NCBI GenBank assembly: GCA_001779195.1
Contig: MFJL01000044.1
Coordinates: 19,199-54,430, forward strand
DNA: 35,232 nt
Reading direction: 5' to 3'
Source of the DNA: Candidatus Gottesmanbacteria bacterium RIFCSPHIGHO2_02_FULL_39_11
Lineage (GTDB): Bacteria > Patescibacteriota > Microgenomatia > 2-02-FULL-39-11
Shown: one piece after another, positions 8,764 to 19,006 of the stretch
Position numbering within the stretch: the first letter of the stretch is position 1
Layout: every line of letters begins with the position of its first letter
The notes under the pieces: model-generated
What the model saw: only the letters and a program-made list of their open reading frames with translations
What the model was told of the DNA's origin: nothing
The model's database searches: none
Position numbers and translations under genes: made by a program

Positions 8764-9920
8764 GAATTTTCAATAAATTTTATCTCTTGCAGAGCTATCT
8801 TTTTCCAATCAAATTGTTTTACGTATTTAAATCCCATTTTACCTTGAGAAATTGATAGATTTCTATTACTTAAATATTTAATTATTTCTCCAGCAAAAAA
8901 ATCTTTATCCCCAATAGGAATATGAACGAAGTTTTTCTTCCAAACCATAACCAGTTCCGGCAGATTGTAAGCTAAAACAGGCAAGCCACAGGCCATGGCT
9001 TCTCCTATTACAATAGCCCAATTCTCCTCGTAGCTTGGTAAAACAAAAAGTTTGCTTTTCTTTAACTCAGAAAACTTTTTTTTCTGATCTAATATTAGAC
9101 CTCTCAGAAAAATATTTTTTTCGAGTTTAAATTCTCTAATTTTCTTTTTCATCTCAGCCTCGAGAGGACCAGTACCTATTATGATTAGGCGGGCAGTTTT
9201 TATCTTATGAACAACCATTCTCCAAATATCTACCAGATCAAGCATTCCTTTGCCTTCCTCTAATCTTTTTATACAAACGGCTTCATATTGCTCTTGGTTA
9301 ATACTCTCGGTAAATTGCTGAATTTTATCGAAATTTACTCCGCATAATACCGTTTTATACCTGGCTTTTTGGATACCTACATCTTTGAGTTGATTAGCCG
9401 TGCTTTCTGAAACCGGCAATATTATATCCGCAAGCCTCTTTACTAAAAAGAATCCGCTTCTTTGCAAAAGTAAAAAGGCAAGCGCGAAAAAAAAATTGGA
9501 GCGTCTCTTCCACCAAACCAGTGGAGGCAGCCAGTGGACGACGCAAGCCCACTTAATCTTATCCTTATTTATTATTTTTAAAAAGGCAGCAGGAAAAACA
9601 TTGGTAAAACCCTCAGTCGGAGTATACACAATGCCTTTAAATTTCCATAATGACTTGGGAGGAAAAATGAGTCTTGATATCAAGAGAATATAGGTACTTT
9701 TATTCTGATTATCTACTTTGAGAGTGAAACTTTTGTGAAAAAAGTACTTGATTTTATACCCATCAAAAAGCTCTTTACCAGCCAAACCAGACCACAGATG
9801 TATCTGGTAACCTGATAAACTCCAATTCCTCACTATTTCTGCAAGACGAATTTCATTACCGGATACACCGCTTAATTTATTTCGGAAAGAAATGTTAAAA
9901 ATAATCAATATCTTCTTCAT
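8760..9920 (-). CDS. Glycosyltransferase family 4 (GT-B)
   Basis: SGNE near the N-terminus; LFVLPSYEENWAIVIGEAMACGLPV (Ex7E). Start set at ATG 9920 (MKKILIIF), 7 nt after the upstream stop. Confidence 0.88.
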   Translation of the reverse strand: MKKILIIFNISFRNKLSGVSGNEIRLAEIVRNWSLSGYQIHLWSGLAGKELFDGYKIKYFFHKSFTLKVDNQNKSTYILLISRLIFPPKSLWKFKGIVYTPTEGFTNVFPAAFLKIINKDKIKWACVVHWLPPLVWWKRRSNFFFALAFLLLQRSGFFLVKRLADIILPVSESTANQLKDVGIQKARYKTVLCGVNFDKIQQFTESINQEQYEAVCIKRLEEGKGMLDLVDIWRMVVHKIKTARLIIIGTGPLEAEMKKKIREFKLEKNIFLRGLILDQKKKFSELKKSKLFVLPSYEENWAIVIGEAMACGLPVLAYNLPELVMVWKKNFVHIPIGDKDFFAGEIIKYLSNRNLSISQGKMGFKYVKQFDWKKIALQEIKFIENS

Positions 9921-9927
9921 ATCAGAT

Positions 9928-11610
9928 TTACTTTGTAAGAACTGCTTCAAAAAGTCTGTAAAACCCTGCAAAACGGTCAATTTTAGTGAATCTTAAGACA
10001 AGAAGCGAGATCTTAATAAGCTTATTGCGTTTGAGCGCTGAAGGCATATAGTCTTGAAAAATCTTATCAGAATAGCACAGGGTTTTTAAGGAAACTATAT
10101 TAAATTTTTGCTTTTTCATGAATTGAGTAAAACTTGCTAACGTAAAGAAATTCAACCAGTATTTGTATTCTTTTATTTTATGAAAAAAAAGTTTATAGAT
10201 GAAATTTTCCAATAATAAGTGACTATTTTCGTTGTCTCCTATAAAAAGATATCCGTCAGGCTTTAATATTCTTCTGACTTCCTTCATAAAAATATTTGGG
10301 TTTTTGATATCTACTAAAACAGCATCTATATTGATAACGTCAAAAAAATCATCGGGATATCCTGCACAGGTGAGCTCTCCGTGAAACATTTTCAAAGGAA
10401 AACCCTTTTCCCGTGCAATTCTACAGGCATTTTCTGAAACCTCTACTCCAAAAACACGGAAGCCTTCCTTTTGCGCTAATTGAAGAAGATCTCCTGTGGA
10501 ACAGCCGATATCCAAAAAAGTCTTATTTGAAGACTCCCGAAGGAACTTTTTGATCAGTCCGATTTTATATTTTTTCAATACCGCACGATTCTCTTCGCGC
10601 TCTTTTATATCTTTCAATTTATAGTGACCATAATCTTCATCTGAATAGACGTCTTTAACTTCTGATTCGACAAAATCAAGAGAGTTGTTGTAAAGCATAC
10701 CGCAGTTAGAACATCGAACTACTTCAGCATATTCATCTTTTAAAATTACTTCTATTTTTTCCACTCTCCCTTTCCTAGACGAACAAATGAAACAAACTCT
10801 CGTTTTTTTTGCTTGAGTACTAATAAATTTTCGTTTAATTTCAGTAAAGAAATATCTGATGCAGAGAATAGGAAAATCCCTTATTCTAGGTATACCGTAA
10901 TGTTTTCCAAAGCTTGAAAGTTTAATAATCTTAAATCCCGGTGAATTTATTTTTTCTATAGATTTGGAAAATGTAGGGATAAGAAGTTTACTTATTAATT
11001 TTGCAACTTCTTCGTAAGAATGACAATTTCTGATATCAGCACGTTCTTCATAAAACAAGCTGCCTTTATCCAGTCCCTCATTTAATTTTTGAACTGATAT
11101 ATTTATGTATTTTTCGTTGTGTAAATATGCTTCCAAAGTAGAAGAGAAACCGCGATATTTTCTTAAATCTCCTGTGTGGTAACTTAAAACACCTGCCGGG
11201 GTACATCTTAATATTTCACCCTGTAATATGCCAAAACCGCGCCGGAAGACAAGATCAATCTTCTTAGTTTTAATTTTCTTTATAGTTTCTTCGGGTAAAG
11301 CGGTACCGTGTTTTCCTGATTTGATAGCAGAACTGTAATAAATTTCACTTTTATTAAATAAACTCAAATTATTGATTGATATTCTTTCAGCTAATTCTAT
11401 CTGCCATCCGATAATGTCTCTTATCAGAGTAATTATTTTTTGTATAAATTTTTTTTGAAAAGATAAATCATAGTCTTTAACATGCACTTTTTTGATGATT
11501 ACTAGAGGGATAGAAATATTATTTTCCGATACGGCTTTTTGAAGCGCCAGAGCTACCCACTTCATTATTTTAGGTTCATCCAGTAATAAACATATTTTTT
11601 TAACTTTCAT
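9928..11610 (-). CDS. Formyltransferase-like domain fused to Zn-ribbon class I SAM methyltransferase
   Basis: N-half: DLVFRRGFGIL...GVLSYHTGDLRKYRG...VQKLNEGLDKG (Formyl_trans_N pattern). C-half: CFIC...CSNC, then FLDIGCSTG, VFGVEVS, ILKPDGYLFI. Confidence 0.75.
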   Translation of the reverse strand: MKVKKICLLLDEPKIMKWVALALQKAVSENNISIPLVIIKKVHVKDYDLSFQKKFIQKIITLIRDIIGWQIELAERISINNLSLFNKSEIYYSSAIKSGKHGTALPEETIKKIKTKKIDLVFRRGFGILQGEILRCTPAGVLSYHTGDLRKYRGFSSTLEAYLHNEKYINISVQKLNEGLDKGSLFYEERADIRNCHSYEEVAKLISKLLIPTFSKSIEKINSPGFKIIKLSSFGKHYGIPRIRDFPILCIRYFFTEIKRKFISTQAKKTRVCFICSSRKGRVEKIEVILKDEYAEVVRCSNCGMLYNNSLDFVESEVKDVYSDEDYGHYKLKDIKEREENRAVLKKYKIGLIKKFLRESSNKTFLDIGCSTGDLLQLAQKEGFRVFGVEVSENACRIAREKGFPLKMFHGELTCAGYPDDFFDVINIDAVLVDIKNPNIFMKEVRRILKPDGYLFIGDNENSHLLLENFIYKLFFHKIKEYKYWLNFFTLASFTQFMKKQKFNIVSLKTLCYSDKIFQDYMPSALKRNKLIKISLLVLRFTKIDRFAGFYRLFEAVLTK

Positions 11611-11617
11611 AGTTTTA

Positions 11618-12721
11618 CTACTTCGTAACAGCTTTTTTTATCAATGTGATTATTTTATCAACTATGCTAAGCGATAAAGTAGAATAAATCGGCAGACAAA
11701 GAATACTGTTGGCGATATCCTTTGCAACTCTTAGATCACCTGCAGCTTTTTTTGCAACAGAATTCTTGTAAATAAAGTCAAAATCCGAGGTCAGCGGATA
11801 AAAATACTTCCTTGCTTTAATATGATGATTGAGTAGATATTTAAAAACCCGATCCCGTGTTTTCTTACTACTAAAACAAACCGGCATATAGGAATAGTTA
11901 TATAAAGAAGCAGTCAATTTTTGAAATTTGAGTGAAGGAATATCTCCCAGTTCTTTCACATATCTATTATAAATTTTTTCTCGCAACGAGATATTTTTAT
12001 CTACTGCTTTTAAATTACACAGACCCATGACAGCCTGGAATTCGTTCATCTTAGCGTTTATACCCGGCAGAGTTATTCTTTCCTCTGAAAGAATGCCAAA
12101 ATCTTTTAACAATTCAAGCTTCTCTGATATTTTTTGATCCCTGGCAATAACAGCTCCTCCTTCTATCGTGTGAAATATTTTAGTCGCGTGAAAGCTTAGC
12201 GTGGAGATATCCCCGTATCTTAGAATTGGTTTCCCGTTATAGTGGACGCCAAACGCGTGGGCTGCGTCATATATGATTCTGATTTTATATTTCCTGCCTA
12301 TAGTTTCCAGTCTAACAACATCACAGGGATTGCCATATACATGCACTGCCAGAATAGCGGAAGTTTTTTTTGTAATTTTTTTCTCTGCATCTTCCGGACT
12401 TAAGTTAAACGTATGCGGATTTATATCGGCAAAAACGGGGACTGCACCCCCCCATAAAATTGCGTTTGTGGTTGCGGCAAAGGTAAACGGAGTTGTAATA
12501 ATCTCACCGTGAAGATCCAAAGCTTTTATGGATAACTGAAGAGCTAACGTACCATTGGCAACTAATGAAATGTTTTTTACACCCAAATATTTTGACAGCT
12601 GTGAGGTTAGTAATTGAACATGTTCTCCGTTGTTTGTCACCCAGCCGGACAGCCATATTTTTTTAAGATATTTGTTGTATATGCTTAGACTCGGTAAATC
12701 AGTTTTGGTGACGTTTATCAT
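11618..12721 (-). CDS. vioA: DegT/DnrJ/EryC1/StrS PLP-dependent NDP-sugar aminotransferase (VioA-like)
   Basis: INVTK...WVTNNG, ANGTLAL, TTPFTFAAT, YDAAHAFG, SFHATKIFHTIEGGA (PLP lysine), GINAKMNEFQA, RKYFYP. Confidence 0.85.
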   Translation of the reverse strand: MINVTKTDLPSLSIYNKYLKKIWLSGWVTNNGEHVQLLTSQLSKYLGVKNISLVANGTLALQLSIKALDLHGEIITTPFTFAATTNAILWGGAVPVFADINPHTFNLSPEDAEKKITKKTSAILAVHVYGNPCDVVRLETIGRKYKIRIIYDAAHAFGVHYNGKPILRYGDISTLSFHATKIFHTIEGGAVIARDQKISEKLELLKDFGILSEERITLPGINAKMNEFQAVMGLCNLKAVDKNISLREKIYNRYVKELGDIPSLKFQKLTASLYNYSYMPVCFSSKKTRDRVFKYLLNHHIKARKYFYPLTSDFDFIYKNSVAKKAAGDLRVAKDIANSILCLPIYSTLSLSIVDKIITLIKKAVTK

Positions 12722-12728
12722 TTTCAGA

Positions 12729-13580
12729 TTATAACCTATGCTCCTCGTTTTTTAATCGTCCGGCAATCCGGATTAGGGAATAATTCGCTCCGACAAGAAA
12801 TTTAAGCACGAACACCGCAAACATAAAATGAGGGTATCGTATCCATTTTTTCCATTTTCCGTTTTCCGTAAAAACATCAAAATACCTGTACTTCAAACCC
12901 AGCTGTTTACGGATAATGGGATCATCCCTGCCCCATTTTTTAATATATTTTAAAATATCCTGCGCGTAATATGCCTTTTTCTTAAGGTATTTCTTAAAAC
13001 TAAAGTTTCTCTCGCTATGGAACAAGACGGACGCGGTGACTGTTGTTTTTCCTATCGCTGCTAATCTTCTATCCAGATCCCAATCTTCAGCGGCTATTAA
13101 AGACTCATCGAAACCTCCCAGTTCTTGCCATATTTTTTTAGGAAAAAATCTTACGCAATCGATAACCGTTCCGTTATAAAAACTTCTTTCAAAATTCCTG
13201 ACTTTCCCCCAAAAGGAATTGCCGGTCATAATCTCAGGAATGTAGAGACCGGCAAAAATGCCGTCGCTTATCCGTTCCACACAATCCTCTATCAGTTTCG
13301 GAGATAAGCTCATATCGGCATCAAGAAACATGACATAGTTTCCCTTTGCCTTTTTTATTCCGAAATTTCTTTGAGCTGAACGTTCCGGGCCTTTGTTAAA
13401 AACAGAATCCGTATATGTCTTTGCAATTTCCACTGTCTTATCTGTCGAATTATTATCGACAACAATAATTTCTATTTTCTGTTCCGGATACGTTTGGTTT
13501 TTTATTGATTCCAGGCATCTCCCGATGTTTTTCTCTTCGTTTTTGGTAGTAATTACGACAGAAACAGAATTTTTTATCAT
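12729..13580 (-). CDS. Glycosyltransferase family 2
   Basis: VSVVITTKNEE, VVDNNSTD, FLDAD (DxD), GGFDE...EDWDL. Confidence 0.92.
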   Translation of the reverse strand: MIKNSVSVVITTKNEEKNIGRCLESIKNQTYPEQKIEIIVVDNNSTDKTVEIAKTYTDSVFNKGPERSAQRNFGIKKAKGNYVMFLDADMSLSPKLIEDCVERISDGIFAGLYIPEIMTGNSFWGKVRNFERSFYNGTVIDCVRFFPKKIWQELGGFDESLIAAEDWDLDRRLAAIGKTTVTASVLFHSERNFSFKKYLKKKAYYAQDILKYIKKWGRDDPIIRKQLGLKYRYFDVFTENGKWKKWIRYPHFMFAVFVLKFLVGANYSLIRIAGRLKNEEHRL

Positions 13581-13598
13581 CTTAAATCTTTATATCTT

Positions 13599-14240
13599 CT
13601 ATAAATTCGTGAGAAACTGCATTCTATCTTCTTCGTAAAAATGATAGGGCATATCAGCAGGTATGATTCTTTTAAATTCCTCTTTGGAGTATTTATATGC
13701 ACCCGGACAGTTTTGTAGCTTCAGATAGATAAGATGAAAAAAGTTTATCAGGGATAATTTTTTTTCCGGAAAAGAGAAAAAGAATTTTTTGCCTTTCAGC
13801 TTTTTAAAAAGTAGTTTCAGTTCTTCCTCTGATAAATAATCAATAAAACCAAGTCCTACAGCATAATTGAAGTAGGGAAGATTGCTTTTGGCTATATCTT
13901 TTTGAATAAAAAACAAATTCTTCGATATACCTTGGGAAGCAGCTTTCCGTGAGGCTTCCTTCACTGCAACTGAGGATATGTCCATGCCGATTATTCTCTG
14001 AGGTTTACATCTTAAGATGCGGAAACAAAATTCCCCCGTCCCGCAGCCGAAATCGGCAAGTATTTTATCCTTAACTAAAGGACATAAAAATTTATACGCT
14101 ATAAGTAGTCTGCCGTTTATTGGACCTCTGAAAAAACCGGCTATATACTCAATCAGGTTAAATTGGCCATTCCTGCGGCGGTAGGAAGAATCGCTCCAAA
14201 TTTTAATTTTATTGTCCCAATATTTTTGCTGAGAACTCAT
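13599..14240 (-). CDS. Class I SAM-dependent methyltransferase
   Basis: LADFGCGTG, IIGMDIS, GLGFIDY. Confidence 0.85.
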   Translation of the reverse strand: MSSQQKYWDNKIKIWSDSSYRRRNGQFNLIEYIAGFFRGPINGRLLIAYKFLCPLVKDKILADFGCGTGEFCFRILRCKPQRIIGMDISSVAVKEASRKAASQGISKNLFFIQKDIAKSNLPYFNYAVGLGFIDYLSEEELKLLFKKLKGKKFFFSFPEKKLSLINFFHLIYLKLQNCPGAYKYSKEEFKRIIPADMPYHFYEEDRMQFLTNL

Positions 14241-14242
14241 AA

Positions 14243-15061
14243 TCAGGATTTAAGAATATTTTGCATTTTTGATATTTCAAAATTAGAAAGAAGATATTCA
14301 AAGACACTCTGACAATTTTTCATATACGGAATATATAGGGGGTGCATCAGGATATATTTCGCATCAGGAAATAAGGCATGTGAAGGAGGAACTATCTGCC
14401 AATTATGTATAAAAGCTACAAACGGACTGCCCTGTTTATTGATTAAAGAATATATCTTTCCTATTGTCCTGCCGAAAGCAGCAATTAAGTAGCCGGATCC
14501 GACAGGAGGCTCCGTGAAAAGCAGTTTCGCACTTAAACTTCTTGGAAACATCATTTGCGGTTTACCGATTAACGGGTAGGTGGAAACGGGCACCTCCTGT
14601 ATCTGTCCATACGTCCTCTTGAAAGAGTAAGGACCATAGATAGATGAATCATAAGTGAAACCATGTTTTTTTAATATTTCAAGATATTCTTTTTGCATTA
14701 TTATTTCCGGTGCACGAAATCCGCACGGGTGAAACTTTTCAATAAATCTGTTCGATCCCCTTAATGAATCAGTTAAGACTTTTTGGCCGGTTAAGCTCTC
14801 ATGCCGGTGGGTATGATAGGCTAATTCATGACCTTCTTTTGCCATTGCATCAAATACATCCGGGTACCATTCGTATAATTCTCCTAGTATAAAAAAGGTT
14901 ATTTTTACTTTATATTTATCCAAAATCTTAAGAATTTTCTCCGCTGACTCCCTGACAAAGCCTTTATCCAAAATCTTCCGTTTTTCACTAGTCAGGGTTA
15001 TGAATTCCGGTAAATTAGGATATGCCCATGATTCAAAATCAATCGAGAGGTAATTAACCAT
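14243..15061 (-). CDS. Polysaccharide deacetylase (CE4/NodB family)
   Basis: LSIDFESW, KITFFILG, GHELAYHTHRH, GFRAP, GFTYDSS, FIHNW. Confidence 0.88.
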   Translation of the reverse strand: MVNYLSIDFESWAYPNLPEFITLTSEKRKILDKGFVRESAEKILKILDKYKVKITFFILGELYEWYPDVFDAMAKEGHELAYHTHRHESLTGQKVLTDSLRGSNRFIEKFHPCGFRAPEIIMQKEYLEILKKHGFTYDSSIYGPYSFKRTYGQIQEVPVSTYPLIGKPQMMFPRSLSAKLLFTEPPVGSGYLIAAFGRTIGKIYSLINKQGSPFVAFIHNWQIVPPSHALFPDAKYILMHPLYIPYMKNCQSVFEYLLSNFEISKMQNILKS

Positions 15062-15162
15062 ATCTACTTATTTTACTCGGTATATGTATGAAGTGAAAGC
15101 TCAGTCTTTCCCTAGTCCCAAATGCCCATTTTAAAAACGGGCAATGTTTCGTAAAATAAGAT

Positions 15163-15813
15163 ATGAATATAATTCAGACGGCCAAAGTATTAAGCATCCG
15201 CATCCTGACTGAATCAACCTATATTCTCAGAATCGAACGCAACAAATTCAAATTTATCCCCGGTCAATGCGTGAATATCGGACTTGTCGGAAGTGCCGTA
15301 AATAGGGAATATTCCACCTATTCCGGTACTAAGGATACTTATCTCGAGTTTCTCATAAGAAAAATTAATGGAGGAGCTGTATCTGTTGGCCTGAGCCAGC
15401 TAACACCCGGAGAAGAGGTAACTTTAGACGGAGCTTACGGCACATTTACTATAAAAAAACCTGCTAAGATAGGAAAATATATTTTTGTAGCATCCGGAAC
15501 AGGAATTGCTCCATTTCATTCTTACGTAAAATCCTATCCTAAAATCGATTATCGGATTATCCATGGAATTCGTTTTGATTCGGAACAATATGATAAACAG
15601 GATTATGGAAAAGGCAGGTACGTCAGTTGCATATCACGGGGAAAAGGCGGCGACTTTTCCGGCCGGGTAACTGATTATTTAAAAAAAATACCTATTCCTC
15701 TTGATACCCTTTACTATCTATGCGGCAATAGGGCAATGATCAATGACGTCTATGATATATTAAGAATAAAAGGAGTAAACGGGAGTAATATCATTACAGA
15801 AGTTTTCTTTTAA
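15163..15813 (+). CDS. Ferredoxin/flavodoxin-NADP+ reductase-like FAD/NAD(P)-binding oxidoreductase
   Basis: FIPGQ, REYS (RxYS), GAVS, ASGTGIAPF, YLCG, C-terminal aromatic EVFF. Confidence 0.88.
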   Translation: MNIIQTAKVLSIRILTESTYILRIERNKFKFIPGQCVNIGLVGSAVNREYSTYSGTKDTYLEFLIRKINGGAVSVGLSQLTPGEEVTLDGAYGTFTIKKPAKIGKYIFVASGTGIAPFHSYVKSYPKIDYRIIHGIRFDSEQYDKQDYGKGRYVSCISRGKGGDFSGRVTDYLKKIPIPLDTLYYLCGNRAMINDVYDILRIKGVNGSNIITEVFF

Positions 15814-15816
15814 CGT

Positions 15817-17322
15817 ATGAAGATCGCCATTTCCTATCCCCCAATTATCAACAAACGTGGACAAAAAGCCATGGTGTCCCAAAACCGCAACGTCCAGTTC
15901 TTCAAAACTCCCACTTATCTTTTGCCGATTATCCAGGCACAAGGGGCAACGTGGCTAAGAAACCTCGGATATGATCTGAGGTGGGATGACGGAAACGCCC
16001 AACTGAAAAGCTTAGAGAACTGGTTTGCCGAATTAGTTTCCTGGCAGCCTGATGTAGTTGTATTTGAAAGTACTACTCCCGTCATGAAATTTTACTGGGA
16101 AGTGACGAATAAACTTCGAAAAAAACTGCCCAAAACGATTTTTATTATGACCGGATACCATTCCATGAAACGGCCGGAGGAAACTCTGGAAAAATCAGCA
16201 ACTGATGTCGTAATAAAAAGCAATCACATAGATTTTGCCCTTATCAAACTCATTCCCTATATCGAGAAAAACCCGGATTGGAGGGTATCTTGCCAGATAG
16301 AGGGCCTCACTATCCGGGTAAACAAAACTAAAATACGCGATACCGGGGCATTCCGTCAGGTAGAGCCTCTTGAGAAATCACCCTTAGTAGATCGGGACCT
16401 TGTCGAGTGGAAAAATTATGCTTATGAGAATGGAAATTTTCTGCAGACTCCCGGCACCTACGCCACGAGTGTCATACGGGACTGTATGTTTGGTAAATGT
16501 ACATTCTGCCGGTATAACGGACCGGAATTTACCTTCTCCAAAATGTCCGTGCAAAAAAGCTTAGACGAATACGAAATTCTGATAAATAAATATCATGTCA
16601 AGGAAATTTTTGATGATTCGGGAGTCTGGTACCGGGGGTCTGATGCAAGGGAGTTTGCTCAGGGAATTATCGACCGGGGACTCCACAAGAAAGGATGTTA
16701 TTTTGGCTTTAATACCCGGTTTGAATACCTGGATGAAGAAACCATAAAACTTCTGGCAAAAGCCAATTTCCGCTTTGTACTTATCGGTCTTGAATCGGCA
16801 AGTGATGAGACATTAAGACGCCTAAATAAAGGATACCAAAATCAGTACATCATACCGTCTCTGAAATGGCTTACAAAATACGGACTCCACCCCCATCTGA
16901 CTATCATGGTAGGATATTATTGGGAAACCCAGGAAATGCTTGATAAAACGGTGAAGTTTGTAGAAAAACTGATGTTTGCAGGACTTGCCAGAACACTTCA
17001 AGTAACTATTTGTACGCCGCTTGATTTTACCCCGTATCATTTAGAATGCATCAGTCAAAAGGTTTTACTGACTAAAAATTATGACGATTTCGATATGAGT
17101 CGGGTAATTGTGAAAACTCCAATTCCCCACGAGCGGTATTATGAAGCTATTAAAAGAATGTATGGAATCGCTTTTCATCCGAGGTTTATTGTGAGACAAC
17201 TATTATTTCTGACTTCATTTCGAAAACGCGACTGGCAGTTTCTGTTTACTTATGGAGTTCGGGCAATTAGAAGAGTCCGCAACCACATGTTTAATCTCAC
17301 GGTTCACAGCAAAAATAATTAA
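15817..17322 (+). CDS. B12-binding domain radical SAM protein
   Basis: N-terminal cobalamin-binding-like domain (PDVVVFESTTP...MTGYH), RDCMFGKCTFC cysteine triad, EIFDDSG, IGLESA, LNKG, TIMVGY. Confidence 0.85.
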   Translation: MKIAISYPPIINKRGQKAMVSQNRNVQFFKTPTYLLPIIQAQGATWLRNLGYDLRWDDGNAQLKSLENWFAELVSWQPDVVVFESTTPVMKFYWEVTNKLRKKLPKTIFIMTGYHSMKRPEETLEKSATDVVIKSNHIDFALIKLIPYIEKNPDWRVSCQIEGLTIRVNKTKIRDTGAFRQVEPLEKSPLVDRDLVEWKNYAYENGNFLQTPGTYATSVIRDCMFGKCTFCRYNGPEFTFSKMSVQKSLDEYEILINKYHVKEIFDDSGVWYRGSDAREFAQGIIDRGLHKKGCYFGFNTRFEYLDEETIKLLAKANFRFVLIGLESASDETLRRLNKGYQNQYIIPSLKWLTKYGLHPHLTIMVGYYWETQEMLDKTVKFVEKLMFAGLARTLQVTICTPLDFTPYHLECISQKVLLTKNYDDFDMSRVIVKTPIPHERYYEAIKRMYGIAFHPRFIVRQLLFLTSFRKRDWQFLFTYGVRAIRRVRNHMFNLTVHSKNN

Positions 17323-18242
17323 CGTCTGAGGTGTCTTACAAACAAAAATCCCTGCATAAATCTGAGTCCGTACCAAAAGTGGGTTAGAAAGACAACCGGG
17401 ATAGAAATTGCGCCCTGAAATAAACTTCCGGATTTAGCAGTTATCCAAAGACTATTGATAATTAAAAGCAAACTATAAGATGGAATAACAACAAAGGGTA
17501 CAAAAAAGATTCCTAGTACCAGAAACGAAGGTAGAAAATAAACCAGACGAAAGGAAGTTTTTGGCAATGTCTTTGCAAAATAACCCCGGTGAAGACCATA
17601 ATTTCCGTTTTGCCGCAGGTGAGACATCCATACCTTTCGGCGGTGATGATAAACCAAAACTTTGGGATCATAGATAATTTTTTTACCTAATTTGTGGGTC
17701 AGATCCAGACATAGTTTAGTATCTTCTCCCGGCCAAAAGTTTGAGTCAAAACCGCCAACTTTGATAAAATCAGATTTTAAAACGGCGAGATTCATGGAAG
17801 GGTAATCATCTACAAAACGCTTTTTATACGGCAGGAACCGATACACATAAGGCCCGCCCCCTATAATAGAAGCTGAAAACCACCCTGACGCCTGTTCCCG
17901 CCATGAAACATCCGGGGGAGTTACGCCGGGACCTCCAACAGCTGCAACTTCCAAACCCTCAAAGTTACTCACCATATTCTTCAACCAGTTTTTATCAGGA
18001 TAAGCATCGTCGTCTATAAAAGCTAATATCTCCCCATTAGATTTTTTTGCCCCCATATCCCTTTTCTCAGCAGGACCGATCTTGCCGGTTGCAGCCACTT
18101 TAACTTTCTGATAATTAAAAACTTTTTTTTCATCCGGAAGTAAAATTACTTCGTAGTCTTTAAAGGTTTGTTTTTCCAAATAATTTAAGCACTTATAAAG
18201 ATATTCGGATGGTTCTTTAAAAGGAATGATAATGGAGATCAT
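17319..18242 (-). CDS. Glycosyltransferase family 2 with C-terminal TM helices
   Basis: ISIIIP, AFIDDDAYP, GGFD...PGEDT, VYHHRR; start 18242 overlaps the upstream stop (ATGA). Confidence 0.9.
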   Translation of the reverse strand: MISIIIPFKEPSEYLYKCLNYLEKQTFKDYEVILLPDEKKVFNYQKVKVAATGKIGPAEKRDMGAKKSNGEILAFIDDDAYPDKNWLKNMVSNFEGLEVAAVGGPGVTPPDVSWREQASGWFSASIIGGGPYVYRFLPYKKRFVDDYPSMNLAVLKSDFIKVGGFDSNFWPGEDTKLCLDLTHKLGKKIIYDPKVLVYHHRRKVWMSHLRQNGNYGLHRGYFAKTLPKTSFRLVYFLPSFLVLGIFFVPFVVIPSYSLLLIINSLWITAKSGSLFQGAISIPVVFLTHFWYGLRFMQGFLFVRHLRR

Positions 18243-19006
18243 AGTTTCTTCCATCCTCCGTTATCATCGTAATAATGCAAAATATAGAGCCTATAAAAGA
18301 TAGCCATCGTGTCTAGTGAAATATTGAAAATCGCATGAATTGTTGAAGAATGAATCATATCTGAAAAATTATATTTAAGTTTTATAGGAGCTTCATAAAT
18401 TCTTCTAAATCCTTGTCTTTTGGCTACAGCCAATAACTCTAAATCAAAAGCATATTTTTTGACAAGAAGTCGGGGTAAGATCTTTTCTAAAACTTTTCTC
18501 CTGAAAATTTTAATCCCTGCCTGAGTATCCCGAACACTCAGATGAAATAATAACCGAACTATCATTTGATAGCCAAAACTCAAAATCCTACGGTCTCTAG
18601 GATAATTCACAATCGAAGCAGGATGACGCTTGGACCCAACAATCACATCAGCGTTATACCATTCCATGTGTTCTAAAATCATGGAAATACCATTGGGATC
18701 TATCTCCATACCGGAATCGATAAAAGCTACATAGTCGCCTGTGGCTTTCCCCATCCCCAATCTTACTGCGTGACCTTTTCCCTGATTTTTCATGTATACC
18801 ATCACTTTTACGTTTAAAGACTTCATTTGCTTTGCCGCTCTATAGGTGCCATCACCATATCCGTCTACCACAACGATAATTTCATAAGAATATCGAATTT
18901 GGCTGAGTACTTTTTCAATTCTTCTGACATCCTTTACTATAGTTTTGGATTGATGATAGGCAGGAACAATTACCGAGAGCTTACGATGAACCAATTGATC
19001 AGTCAT
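18239..19006 (-). CDS. Glycosyltransferase family 2, polyprenol-phosphate glycosyltransferase (DPM1-like)
   Basis: LSVIVPAY, VVVDG, NQGKGHAVRLG, FIDSG, VIVGSKR, RDTQAGIK, FDLELL. Confidence 0.85.
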   Translation of the reverse strand: MTDQLVHRKLSVIVPAYHQSKTIVKDVRRIEKVLSQIRYSYEIIVVVDGYGDGTYRAAKQMKSLNVKVMVYMKNQGKGHAVRLGMGKATGDYVAFIDSGMEIDPNGISMILEHMEWYNADVIVGSKRHPASIVNYPRDRRILSFGYQMIVRLLFHLSVRDTQAGIKIFRRKVLEKILPRLLVKKYAFDLELLAVAKRQGFRRIYEAPIKLKYNFSDMIHSSTIHAIFNISLDTMAIFYRLYILHYYDDNGGWKKL

